A DNA stretch of 40,825 nucleotides from Asterionella formosa (Eukaryota): assembly GCA_002256025.1 (NCBI GenBank), contig NKIB01014752.1:1-40825 (forward strand), written 5' to 3'. The notes beneath the pieces were generated by a model, which saw only the letters and a list, made by a program, of their open reading frames with translations, was not told the origin of the DNA and did no database searches. Position numbers and translations under genes: made by a program. Below are positions 21,293 to 34,299 of the stretch, piece after piece (position 1 is the first letter of the stretch; the number at the start of each line of letters is the position of its first letter).

Positions 21293-22720
21293 TTAACGAT
21301 CATTCAACCTATCTAGTCGCCCGAACAATCGTTTGACCCGACGACGCTCATGGCATGTTCCAATGGCAGACATGTTTGTATGTGTGCGCATGTGCATTTG
21401 CGATGATTTTGCACTGTAGTAGCTCTCCTTTCCAAATCGAAAGGTAGAACATCGTTTGTTGGTATGGTCATTGCAGGAGATGAGAAAGGTATACTTGTCT
21501 TGCAACTGGCGAAGTTTGGCCTTGCAACCCCATTCGTCACAGTGTGCATGACTTCTTCGTAAATAGTCTTCGGCATAGTCTGTATCGCCCATTTCTAGGA
21601 AGAACAAAAGCGCACCTTTCTTCGGCCAGTGCGGCATTCTGGAGAAATCCACTTCGAAAAGCCGATGTGATGGCTTGGTCATAAGCATTCTTCACATCAA
21701 CTAATTTTCCCTTGTTCAAGGCAGCTTCCTCCGCAAGGAGGAGTATCAGATACATATGGTAGACATTAGGTTCCCCTTGCTTGGTCCATTGATGCAATCG
21801 TTCAATGCTCTTCCGATTGATCTTTCGACTTCTTTGTCTGTGCTGCCAATTGCCAGGGACACGTCGCATCCCCAAGGCCGACAAGCCGAGAACAAAGTAC
21901 GTAAAGCCCACCCTGTCCCCATCTACTTTCTAGTTTCCATATTCGTTCGGCCATTTCACCTGCCAACTTATAGTCACAAAAATAATTGGCAAGAATAGCT
22001 TTTTACAGATAAATGTTGTGAGCAACAATCGAGCTATTGTTGTCCGTGGCGTCGTGCAAAATAATTTCCTCGTCAATAGCTGTCCCTGTGATTTTCAAAG
22101 GATTGCCAACGTTTCCTCCATCAGTGAGGTTGAGGAGGGTTTGATATGCAATAGAAGTCAACAGGTACATCAAATCTTGGGAGTGGTCACTCAGTTCAAT
22201 GCGGAATTGTTTTGTATCTTGGACAATGGGTCCCAGCGGCAACAACCTGCACGCAAGATAGCAAACTATGTAAGAAGAGAAGGATAAGGCAGCGTTGCGA
22301 ATGTCTCGAATCTCGATTGAGAATCGGTAAGCCATCAACAATGGTTCAATACTTTCATGAGCTGCTTTTCTGAGGTGCCACAGAAAGAAGTGAACAGCAA
22401 GTAGCGATCTAGGAGTATGATACCATGAAGGAAATTTCGCCGCTATTGTTGAAGCAAGGTTACCGTATCGAAATGCTAGCTGAAAGTCACCCATCTGGCC
22501 ACCTAGAATCCCAGAAGTCGCAAATGTTTCTGCCAAATATTTGCTCAACCAGGATCGAAAAATCATTTTCATTTCCCGTAGACCTAGCATGGCGATAAAG
22601 CGAGGTTGACTTGCAGTGTAGGCATAGCCTCCGAGTAAACTCATAATCTTTAATGCAATGAGTTTCCGCCCATTGATTAACTCAGGCGAAGCCAACATGT
22701 CGTCATCGGATTCGCTCTGG
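21293..22720 (-). pseudogene. Frameshifted C-terminal helical region of a STAND/AAA-ATPase sensor protein (COG3899-like)
   Basis: Consecutive fragments in different frames: 'AFRYGNLA', 'ESIEPLLMAYRFSIEIRD', 'GEPNVYHMYLILLLAEEAAL', 'YDQAITSAFRSGFLQNAALAEER', 'DYAEDYLRRSHAHCDEWGCKAKLRQL'. No N-terminal ATPase part; TE-like DNA begins ~22730. Confidence 0.7.
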
Positions 22721-22729
22721 AGCTACCGT

Positions 22730-23730
22730 TTTGTTCTCTTATACTCGAATAGAACATGATGGACTTTTGGCCTTTCGGGAACAGACATGCCTAACCTCAA
22801 AGTTACAATTCCAACCTTTACTCCTCATTTGGATGGTTCAGTTAGAGTTGCTCTTGCCAAACAGATTCTATGTTGCCATGCCAGCAGAGCTGTTGCTCAA
22901 TTGTTATCTGGGAATGCTTTGTAGTTGTCTTCTGTGCAGAAACTGTTCAACCTCTATGATTCAAATCAGGGAACTTGCCAGCTCAGATTAGAAAGTCCAA
23001 GTTACTCTCAGTTTGCTTACATTTTTAACATCCGGTAAAATCCATAACTAAAAGAACCATCTCCTTCCTTGTCATCCCAATATTGTTTTTGTCCCTTAAG
23101 CAAGCTATACCTTGAAGCTCATCTCTTTCCGAGGGGTTAAAGATTTGGATGAAGGACAAGTTGGGCGCAGCAATTCTATGGTTGCAATTCCAACCAAATT
23201 CTTATTGTTGGGATTGGCAACCTGCAGTTGTTTCCCTGCATCATCGTACAATGTTGATCTTGGAACTCTGTGAGATCGCACAATATTTGCCTCATTCCCC
23301 CCTCCCATGATGTTCAATTCTTCCAACTGTTCTTTAATGTTACCAGACAAGTTCCAGTTCTTGTATCGACTGCAATGATTATTCTTCGAAACCAGAAATT
23401 GACTCACTAAATTTTCATCGTCATTCATTTCTTTTGTAATCACTGAATGACTGCGCTTCTTGGCCTTGTTTGCCTTCATTGTTGTAGTTGTTGCTTTTGC
23501 TATTACTGTCACTGGTTTCTGGTGAGATAAATCAGACTGATCCTTTGGAGGTCGTCCGCGCCATAAAGGATTCCATCTAACAGAACAAGTAAACAATAAA
23601 ATGGCTGAGCACATTGCAATAACTCTGGATGTCCATTATTTCTGGCATTTTTACTCACCCTTGTATGTCACCAGACCCTTTCAGCCTTACCGGTTCTTGC
23701 CCAGGGTTTGGCCTCCTCCCAGACATGGTT
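22730..23730 (-). mobile_element. Degenerate DNA-transposon-like (pogo/Tc1-mariner-type) 5' region
   Basis: Short exon MSGRRPNPGQEPVRLKGSGDIQG ending in GTGAG, then AT-hook-like 'RGRPPK' and HTH-psq-like 'SHRVPRSTLYD', followed by stops. No DDE domain recognised. Confidence 0.4.
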
Positions 23731-24349
23731 TGATTGTTGCAATTGAATGTGCAGTTAGCGAGAAGAGTAATTGACGCAAATTAATGAAGATGATAAACAT
23801 TCATCCACCAGTGCGCAAAAATACTGAGTTTGTGATGTACATAAAAATTGTAATACTGCTATTGCGTACCTTTTACGACGAATTCGGGTAGCATGCGCCA
23901 GCGGCATTCGAAATCATTTATAATAATGAAAAATATCCATAATTTAATGAACTAAAAATAATACAAGATCCTACTGAAGTTCTACGGGGGCTGTACCACA
24001 AGGTCAAATCCAAAATTGATCGGCAGGTCAACTCAAATCGGAAAGTAAGATCAGCCCGAAAATGGTAAAAAAATTATACCATTGGGCCGGCATTTCCCGG
24101 AAAAACACAAATACATTTGTGAATAGCTAGAAAACTTAATCAATATCTAATATATATTTAGTTGTGTTTAACCGCCATGGACCATGTACCATAGTAGCAA
24201 TAATTTAATCAATTAGTCACTCTTAGTAAATGGATGCAATATTTCTTGAAGGCCGAAAAATGGAGCCATATTATTGTGTCAGAGACCATAATTCACCGTA
24301 AAAATTGCTTCTGACACACCTCAAAGTGAAGCAAATCGCTGTCATCTCA

Positions 24350-25930
24350 TGAACAAGCAACAATGAAACCTAAAGCAAGAAAACAGCCTCAACCATCAAA
24401 AAAGTACAAGGTGATACCAAATTCTTTGGATAAGACTGTAGGTTCACTTATTTAAAACCATATAGTTATGGACTTAAAAATTTTGAAAAGCAAATGACAA
24501 TGGCAAACTACTAAATGATGCAATATTGAATATTGTTGCATCAAAGGCGGCTACACTGGCTTGACAAAAACAAAACCTATGGTCCAGTACCATTTGCAGA
24601 CGCTAAATCAGGCGGAAAAGGCAACTAAATCACTAGTACAATTGCCTGCTACTATGAAAATAAATGATTCAAAGCTGTTCTTGGTAGGACATACCTCATA
24701 AATTTCTACCCTGATGAAAAATTCAATTTTGAATATCCAACTCAAAAAATGCAAGAGAGGCTTACTCACCCAAAAGGAAAGGCGCCGTGCTGCATTTGCT
24801 GTTGAAAAGGATGGCATTGTTGATCTGATGTCGAAAGCTTGGGCTGAAAGGAAGAGGCATGCAGAAGAAGTGCAGAGTGAGTGAGAGAATAAGAAAATAG
24901 ATGCACAAATGGCGCTTGCAAACAAGGTTCATGCTATCAGAATTTTAAACAAACAGCCCACAGTGGTGCGCGTGGACAGCGCCACAAACGAAAAAAATGG
25001 CAACATGGTAGAAGTGAGCAGGCGATCTTCCTTAACAACAACAAAGCAATTTCTACTTAGCATTTATCATGATGGGTGGCGACACTACAGTACCAGTTGC
25101 AACTGCACCCCTTGGTCACTCCTATTACATGACAAGATCTAAGAACAAGCGACGCAATGACTACTGCAAAAAAATGTGAGGAGCCTTTGATGGAACCGAC
25201 AAGATAAAATGGGAAAACCACCAGTTTGAGAATGATGCAATTACTGCGAAAAAATGCAAACGATATAATGTTTTCTAACCGTCGCCAATAGAAATAACTA
25301 CATGTATGGTAAAATTTTAATCAATGGCTTTGAGCAACTTCGACCAGTTTGTTCACTTTTAAAATGGATAATACCTCAGTTAATAGATGTTCAAGTAAGA
25401 AATGATCAAATTCTCTTGTAGCTTAATGAACTAACTAATATCGTGCCAAAGGGCGAAAGAGGGGATGGATTTCGCATAACTCTAGAATTTATTCGGAAAA
25501 CGATATAATATGATGCCTCAAAGCCATTTATAGCTGGTACTCCTAGTTACTAAGTGCATAATACCTACTACCTAATACATTAGATAAAATACGGCTGGTT
25601 GCATCAAAATAATAATTATGGTAGCCCACGTAGAACTGGTACATCAACATCGCCGCTGATTCTTATGCAAAAGTGATTCCCCGAAGGCTTTTAGATTCGT
25701 TCGTCTAGTCATGAGTGGATTTCTTTTGGGGAATCACTTTTCGCAAGATATTTTTTTAAAATTATAGAAATGCTGTCAGTTATGGCCACCATCAGCAACC
25801 CTGCCATTCATGGTGTTTGGTTGCCGGTCAATCAATTCAGGGAATATCTTAATGAAAAGTTCTCTATTGGCGATAGCTTACAATATGATAATAGTAGATT
25901 GATAAGGATTCTCAATAAGGTGTTTACAAT
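24350..25930 (+). mobile_element. Probable decayed TE-derived coding remnants
   Basis: Lys/Glu-rich interrupted reading frames (24360-25250). A short segment at 25770-25925 resembles the TE relic at ~35870-35720. Confidence 0.3.
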
Positions 25931-26027
25931 CTATCTTTGGAAGCATCTTTATTATGCTACCGGTAACGCTATCAACTCGACTATCACCGGTAGAACTCTG
26001 CTTGTCCATTCCAGTCTATTCACTCAG

Positions 26028-29000
26028 TCACTTCGCTCCATAACCACCGCCTCCTGGTGTTTCAATGAGCATACTCTCTCCAACATCGATTTCGGTACTA
26101 CACCTGCCTCCCATATTCACTATGCGGCCTCCTTTCTTAACAAGCAAGTTGAGACCACATGCCCCGTCCCCACCCCCGTTCATACCATAAGGGTGCAAGG
26201 TACGACGCTCGCTCAAAATGGACATGGTTAGTGGACGAAGGGGCTCAATCTCACGAATGACCCCTTCACCACCTGGATGTGCTCCTATGCCACCAGAGCC
26301 CTTGCGCAATCCAAACTGCCGAAGAATAACAGGATAACGACGTTCAAGGATCTCGGGATCGGTAATTCGAGTGTTGGTACAATGAGTGTGCACTCCATTG
26401 CATCCATCCCAAGTTGGACCAGCACCAGCTCCTCCAGCGATAGTTTCGTAGTATCCAAACTTATCATCACCAAATGTCAAGTTGTTCATACATCCTTGAC
26501 TCGCAGCGCAGGCCTTGAAAGCTTTGAGGACAACATCAACGACACGTTGAGACGTCAACACATTGCCTCCAACAACACCAGCATCCGAAGATGGGTTCAA
26601 TAGAGTGTACTCTGGAATGATGAATTCAATAGGAGCCAAACAGCCTTGGTTGAGAGGAATATCGTCAGCCACAAGCGATCGAAGTGAATAAATGACAGCT
26701 GAATATGTTACAGCGGGAGGAGCATTATGGTTCCCAAGAACCTGCGGTCCAGTGCCGGTGAAATCAAACACAGCGTCACCAGTTGCCTCATCGATCTTTA
26801 TATTTAGCTCAATAGGAGTGCCGTCGTCCATGAAATCAATGGCATGAGCTGTGTTTCCATTTTTGGCAGCAAAGTCTTGAAGCATTTTACGAACAGAAAT
26901 TTCAGCATTTTTCTGAATGAAGCGCATATAGGCATCAACAGTATTGAGACCATACTCTCCGACAAGTTCTTGTAGTAAACGAATTCCAGAATTGTTGGCA
27001 GCGACCTGAGCACGCAAATCGCTGAGGTTGTCCCGGAGGTTACGGGTACCAGAGTTACCCTTGAGCTTCCCAGGTGCCATCAGAATTTCGGTGATACCCT
27101 CCTCTTGGAACTTGCTGTCCTTGACGAGCTTGAAGGCTACAATCATGGCTCCTTCATCTTCCAATCGCTGCGAATGAGGTGGCATGGACCCAGGTGCGAT
27201 TCCTCCAATATCAGCATGATGTCCACGGCTGGCGACAAAGAAAATGATTTCTCCCTTGTGAAAGACAGGAGTGATGACAGTAATGTCAGGAAGATGGGAA
27301 CCACCAGCCAGCTGAGGATGATTGGATACCAAGACGTCTCCATCTTTGATGCCCTCGCGGCCTTCAGAATTCCAGTACTTGACTTGAAAGGTAACAGCAG
27401 CCTGCATGGCACCCAGGTGAACTGGAATGTGAGGAGCATTGGCCACCAAACCACCGTCAGCAGTAAATAGCGCACATGAAAAGTCCAAACGTTCCTTCAT
27501 ATTGACGGAAATGGCAGTCCGCTGCAATGTTCGTCCCATCTGTTCCGCAATGCCCATGAAGCGATGCGAAAAGATGGAGAGCTGAACGGGATCTTCCTTT
27601 ACTTCTTCTTCATTGTCAGGGTCCTTGTCGTGTGTGGATTCAAGTGAAATATCCAAATCACCATGGGCAGTGACAATAGCCTTGCAACCAATCTCCAAAA
27701 TAATTGTACTAATTGCCTGCACAATGATACAAGGTCCTTCCACCTGGTGCCCAGGACTCAAATCCTCCATTTTGTAGACATTAACATCTTCCCATCCATG
27801 TTCGAAAAACGCACGAGTCTGATATCTCGGTTCGGGAGCTCCCAGCAATGGAACTTCCGGTTGTGGGGGTGGCGTTGGACCAGGAACCACCGCTCTAACA
27901 CGATAGTCATCAATTAGCATACCGCGTCCTTGTAAATTAAAACCAAATTCTCTCATGTACTGCGCGCGAAAGGTTTCACCGTATCCTTGGTGGCTCATTT
28001 CTGGGATCATAATTGCGTTGTCTGTACCTTCATAGCGAATATTAAGAAATTTCTCAATGAGAATATCATCTGCATCATACCCTTGATCCACTAGTGCTTG
28101 TTTGGCCTTATTAGCCAATTCCTGAATACGTGCATCTCTCATGGTCGTATCGGTATTGATCTCACCATTGGCTGTCTCGTACACTTCCGCTGCTGGTTCT
28201 TGTTGCTCTTGGACCGCATCCGCCATACTCAATCCATAGGCACTCAATACTCCACCATACCTATGCACAAAGACTCGTGACATGCCCAAGGCCTTGGCCA
28301 TAGCACACGCATGTTGAGGTCCAGCTCCACCAAAACATGCCAAGGTATGCGTAGTCAAATCAAAGCCTCTCATTTGAGTTAAATTTCGAATGGGACGACA
28401 CATGGCTTCATTGGCCACTTGCAAAAATCCAAATGCCAATTGTTCCACCGTCTTGCCTGCTGCTTCCGGACGCGAGGCCAATTCTTCAAATGCATGAACC
28501 GCCCCATCAACATCGAGGGGTTCATCTTCTCCTGGTCCGAAAATAAATGGAAATTCTTGAGGTAGAATTCGACCCAAAACCAAATTAGCATCCGTGACAG
28601 CAAGGTATCCATTCTTACGATAACAGACAGGCCCAGGATGAGCTCTCGACGACTCGGGACCTACAATAAACATGCCTCGTTTTAAAAACAACCGCGAGCC
28701 ACCCCCTGCCGCAACAGTATGGATGTCAAGTTGTGGTGCTTGGATGGCCACTCCACTAATGGTGGTTTCCAATACATGATCATAGGTTCCATCATATCTG
28801 GATACATCCGTGGACGTGCCCCCCATATCAAATCCAATGACTGGTAGAGTTGGTGTGGTCTTGGCGTATCCCACGACCCCACCTGCAGGTCCTGATAGAA
28901 TGGCTTGATGTCCACCAAATGCATTGTAGGGTGCCAAGCCCCCATCTGATTTAATAAACGTGACAGGTACATTTGTCGTCAAGTCCTTGTCAAAGCCTCT

Positions 29001-30104
29001 GATAAATCCATCAAGGTACGCCGTGATTTTGGGTGTCAAATAGGCAGCAGCGCAAGCTGTGTGGGCACTAATGTTTATTGTGAGTGAAAGAAAGAAAGAA
29101 AGAGTGAGAGTGAGCAAAGTGAGTCATCAAAAACATTAGAGTATAAATACCGGTAAAAGTGACTTTTCAACATACCGACTGACAATTTTGACCATGGGCA
29201 TGACTTGACTACTCAAAGAAATCTGTTCAAATCCCACTTCCTTGGCCACTTGTCCTACCAATAGTTCATGATCATTGTACACGTATGAATGCATAAAACA
29301 AATGGCCAAAGCAGTAATTCCACTTTCCTTCAAAGCCATGAGTTGTTCTTTCACTTCAGTTACATTTGGTACTTGTACCACGCGCACTTTTTCTCCAGTA
29401 ATGCCCACCTTGATTGTGGTAGCATCATTATCATTCTCATTGTCAGTTCCATCAGGTGAAGTTTTATGTGTCCAAAATTCGTCCAAAATCAAGCGTTCCT
29501 TCACTTCCACCACTTGCTCATACAAGACAGATGGCTTTTTGCAAGAAAGGTCAAAGATATCAGGTCTTGCTTGATTCCCAATTTCCAACAGGTCCTTGAA
29601 TCCTTTCGTAATGACAAGTGCCATACGTGATCCATCCCGTTCTAGCAATGCATTGGTGGCTACTGTCGTTCCCATTCGAATGGATCCGATTTCATGGGTT
29701 GGGACTGGAGTTCCATTGCGAGCATACTTGTGGGAAGTAGCAGTAGCAGTAGCAGTTGTAGTAGCTGTTGTTTCAGTATCCGAAGTATCTGACGTGGATG
29801 TATCAAACTCGGCCAGGATCCGACGAATTCCTTCCGTGGGAGCATCTGGATAATGCATTGGATCTTCTGACAATAACTTTCGTACAATAGAGGTGACTCC
29901 ATCGGGTAAGATACAATGGACATCCGTAAAGGTCCCACCCCGATCGATGCAAAAGTGGAACTTTCCAGTCGTTGCCATTTTGCTTCTGGTAGTAGTTGAA
30001 GTATTGATTGTGAGTGCGGTAGCAATGGTGGTGGAGGTGGTGATGGTGATTGACAATGGAGGAGAAGCAAAAGCGACAAGATGCACCAAAGAAGAATAGC
30101 GCAT
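26028..30104 (-). CDS. OXP1: 5-oxoprolinase (ATP-hydrolysing; hydantoinase A+B fusion); exons 30104 (or 29978)-29176 and 29067-26028
   Basis: 'IDRGGTFTD', 'KLLSEDP', 'IRMGTTVATNALLER', 'LSGPAGG', 'FDMGGTSTDVSRY', 'VAAGGGS', 'FGGAGPQHAC', 'ERLDFSCALF', 'NAPHIPVHLG', 'GGSHLPDIT', 'YYETIAGG', 'ETPGGGGYG'. Phase-2 intron 29175-29068 (GTATG...TAG) gives 'VSRAHTAC'. Confidence 0.96.
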
Positions 30105-32269
30105 ACACGAAAGCAGAAGCGGAAAGCGGAAAGCGGAAAGCGGAAAATCAGACACTGGTTGTGGCTGCTTCAATTCAATTCAATTCAATTGCTAGCTTGC
30201 TTTTATTGAAGTGATTGGTGTGAGGAGCCGAACAAATCAATCGACCGATCAATGGGATTTATGTTAGTTACACTTTGCAGCGGAACAAAAGCAAAAGCAA
30301 CCGAGTTCGATCTTTGGGACCTCTTTGTTCCTCTCTTTGCTTTCCTTTTATATTTTTATACCGGTATCATGTGAGCATCATCTCACCATATCATTGCGTA
30401 CAGAACCTGTCTATACCAGGTACCGGTACGTGGTACCAGTACCAGCATCTAATGGTGCTTCCTTGCCTCACCCCCCCCTGGTACCAGGGTACTGGAACCA
30501 GGGACGTGGTATATACCTGGTACCAGGTACAGGTTGAGAGGTCGAATTTATCGCTAAATTATTCTACCAACGACAATAACGGTAGATTACGTACAAAACA
30601 TACATGTATTATCGGTATGTAACTTCAAATTGGAACGCGCGCAAGCCACAGGATAATCCATCATCCTGTTCATGCCTGGTTTACCAGGATATACCAGGTG
30701 AACTCACCTGGTACCTGGTACCAGAAACTGCCTTTACATATGCATGAAATAAGCAAGTGGCTGTGATGACCACGCGATGCGCTCGAGCGTTTCCATACGT
30801 CCGGGTTATACCAGTAGTATGGATGATCATGAAGCAGATAAACGTGAAATAAACGTCAAATTTACCGTCAACGTAAAGATTATTATGTGTACCGGTACTA
30901 CCGTAGAGTGAATGAATTATAATTATGTATGAAAGTAATGTTTTGTGATGATATCCATCATGCTAGGCTCTAATTTCTTCCTTTGTTGCATCAACTGCAA
31001 GCACTGTATCCTACCAGGCTGGCATGCATTGATATCCATACAATAGAATTGACAAAGTCTCTCATCCTTGACAAATACACATCATTGTGCTGCAAGTAGG
31101 GGACATTCTTGGGTTTTTTCTGGAGACGAGTAAGCATTTCCCACTGCATTCGTACATTTCATTTGCATGGCCACAAGTCAGCTGCTGCCAACAATAACTA
31201 GAACAAACTGAGGTTGATTCCCTGTTCCACTAGAATGAGTTGTCAGGGGTCCTTGATTTGATCATGTTCTCTCCTCCCAGCAGAAGATGAAAGGCCAATG
31301 ACTTGATTTGGCATAGTAGTAGTTTGACTAGCAGATTTCAGAAAGGAAGAGTTGTCTCATCAGATAGTATTGACTGGAAATCGAACCCATGATATGTCGC
31401 TGCCACTTTGTGAGGACTTCTAGGAGCTCTGAAATAACAATAAATGCAGAATGAATCAAATCCTTTTGCTATTATCCATTCACGGCCGCTGATAAAGGTG
31501 TCTTATTTTTGTCACGGATTGATTCATTGTGCTTTCTTCTCCGATTTAGGTAGATAGGCAGCCAGGGGCAACGATGAACTTCATTGATCATGATTTATAT
31601 TATATATTCTTGTCATCTCGTTAACACAACTGACCTTCCATGCTGTTTGACACACCTACACGCAGATTGTATCTAATGACGAACGCTTCCAATGCAATGC
31701 TGCTCATTTATTTATTGAGATTTTGTGATGCTATCATCAATACAACATCACTTCGTGGTAATATGCGTTGTGATATCATGCGTCTCCCACATGATGAGTT
31801 GGTTTCTGGAAAGGAAGCAATCCAATGAAAATGTCGATGGGCTTGTTGTAGCTAGATGATGAAAAGCTACCATTCTGATCCTAGTATGTCGTCAACTGGT
31901 TCTTTAGTTTTGAACTCGATACATTCAACTAGGTCGTCCATGTTCCACTATGGTAGAATCGTCTCTACATCCTCACGAGATTTGTTAGCTATGAACTTTG
32001 ATTCCACTTACTCATCTCCCAAGTACCATGATCCTGCTCATGCTCTGGAACCTGGAGGATCCTCCAAGAATGGTTCAGCTATGATGAATTCTAGTGGTAC
32101 TGGAATTGGATATTCTACCATGCATGGCAAGGGAATCGGTTCCCATTAGCGGGAAATGAAATCCGAGCGTTTCGATTAGTAATAATTCTCGCCAAGCAAG
32201 GGTTGAATTGATGGAAATACAATGCTCCCAAACAAATCTTCTATGCAATATCAAGTTGTTTATCATTTC

Positions 32270-32920
32270 AACATATTTTTGATGCACTCCGCAGGCTTGA
32301 AATACTACAATGAAAGGGGTTATAGGTACAAGGGATCGAAAAGCTCGAATTCCAAGAACCCGAAAAACTCGAAAAAGTCTCCTTTGCTCCCTATGAATGA
32401 TACCTACTTTTTCTTCACGATATTCGGACTGCGATTTTCATCATGTTCAAGCAGACCCATTTCCCCAACCTAACGTTCACAGTCGCCTATCACATCCCCA
32501 GTCCAGCTTGACTTTGCTCCTTCACATCAGCCGATGCAAGAACCTCAAATTTCAAATGGGGCTATTTTATCCCAATCAGCCACCCAGCCAGACTCCTAGC
32601 CAAATTCCTGCTTCACATTCATCTCGTAGTAAATCTCCCAGTGAGACGCCAAATTTCAAATGGGGCTATTTTATCCCAATCACCCGGCCAGAATCCTAGC
32701 CAAATTCCTGCTTCACATTCATCTCCTGGTAAAACTCCCAGTGAGACCACGCCAAGTGTTTCTCTGGCTCCTCACTTAAATCTTACTGAAAGTTTGTCTC
32801 CTTACTCTCCTAGAATGTCAACCACCAGTCTGTCCCAAACACCGAGCCAGGTGCGTAGCAGTACGCCTTCCAGTAAATCTCCCAGTCAAAACCAAGTATT
32901 GCTCCATCTGATCTGTTGAA
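32270..32920 (+). pseudogene. Disrupted Lys/Ser- and Ser/Pro-repeat coding fragment with a ~104-bp tandem duplication
   Basis: 'KGSKSSNSKNPKNSKKS', then 'PSQTPSQIPASHSS..KSPSET' repeats in shifting frames. The unit 'caaatttcaaatggggctattttatcccaatca...cctagccaaattcctgcttcacattcatctc' occurs at ~32546 and ~32650. Confidence 0.4.
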
Positions 32921-32964
32921 CTTTCCGGGTTACTATCCACATTCTCTTTAATTTTCTAGTACTA

Positions 32965-33620
32965 AGCCTATGTTGGCAGTCTGTAGCACTGCTGCTGACA
33001 CCCTCCTCATTCACCATGTCCTCTTTGGACACTGCCGCTCCCTTCGCTTACTCCTCCTCCACTTTTCTTCATGCTCAACTTGCTCTGTTAGACCTGCCGG
33101 TCACTCCACAGCAAAAATCAATAAAATCCGCCCATTCCATCCTGAGGAAACGAATTTCGCCTACTTTGCACACCTCTCACAGCGATTTCTTCACGCAAAT
33201 GCTTATTCTTCCACCCATGAACTTCCTGTATCTCTCTACCACTTCCAACTCTCTCATATTCACCTGGAAGACCCTCAGTTGGCCCTCCGGAAATCCCAAG
33301 GAACTGCTATCCATCATTCTGCCGCCACCCACACTTTCTGCCATCGCTCAGCAGGCACCAAAGGCAGCAGGAACAATAACAATTTTTACTCTGATCTCTC
33401 TACTGCATTGGCAATCTATACTCCTAATATACCATCAGATCCATCATTCCGTCAAGTATTTCAAATTTACTTATTGTCTAAGTCTGTCCCCACTCCAATT
33501 TCAGTCGATTACACCTCAGAACAAGTCGATGCCAACATTATCAAGACCTCTTGCTCTTCAAGCAATAATATACATCCAGCTCTGCATTTCTTCTATCCTT
33601 TTTATTTCAAAAAAAAAGGA
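32965..33620 (+). mobile_element. Probable degenerate 3' end of a non-LTR retrotransposon (LINE) ORF2
   Basis: Decayed CCHC-like 'VCSTAADTLLIHHVLFGHC', then 'QQKSIKSAHSILRKRISP' and 'FTWKTL', resembling post-RT motifs of LINEs. C/T-rich sense strand; A-run at ~33609-33617. Confidence 0.35.
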
Positions 33621-34299
33621 TACTGCCTTGCACAAGCTTCAAATTTTCCTTTCGCTTTCAATCCATTTTTACTGCAGCATTTTATTTATCTGAATTTTGA
33701 TACCTTCATATCAATTTACCATCCACAGCTTCCACGCTATTCTTTCATCATCTCTCTCTCTCTTCCTTCTGACACCACCACGCATCAAATATCTATTCAA
33801 GTTTTCTCAAACCCTGCTTCAAAGCTGTTTGTCAGCTTCTGTTGTCCATTCTATCACCTACTTGCTATACTTATTTTCTCCCTCACTCTTTGCCAGATAC
33901 TATCTCACTTATATCCATAATACTCTAAGAGTCACTTGGGGTTCCTCGCCTGACTCTCCCCTATTTACATTCTTAAAAATATCTCCTCAATCCTCTAAGA
34001 GCCGCATGGTCTCCTTGCCTGGCTTCAATGTCCTACATCTACAACCTGGCCCTCTGGGCCACAGTGCAACCCAACAAACTCCACAATAGTTGAGGCTCTA
34101 TCACGTGTACTTAAATATTTTCTTAGCAACTATAGTATACTTGACAACAACATAGGTGCTAGGCAGTGGACTGTGGGATCACAGTGGATTTAGTAGACTG
34201 GCGGTAGATAGATACAACTCTTGTTAGTTTCCAAAAAAGTGAGCATATAGAAGAACTAACTTTACTTACCCAACAAAAAAAAATATATGAGTAAAGATT

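Noticed and set aside
26277..29853. Numerous + strand and alternate-frame ORFs over oxoprolinase (likewise over FNR, PolX, alpha-kinase and the mucin-like genes)
   Set aside because: Shadow ORFs of well-supported genes, with no motifs of their own.
30950..32200. Possible Cys-rich gene on the minus strand
   Set aside because: All frames examined are interrupted by stops, and no family could be recognised.
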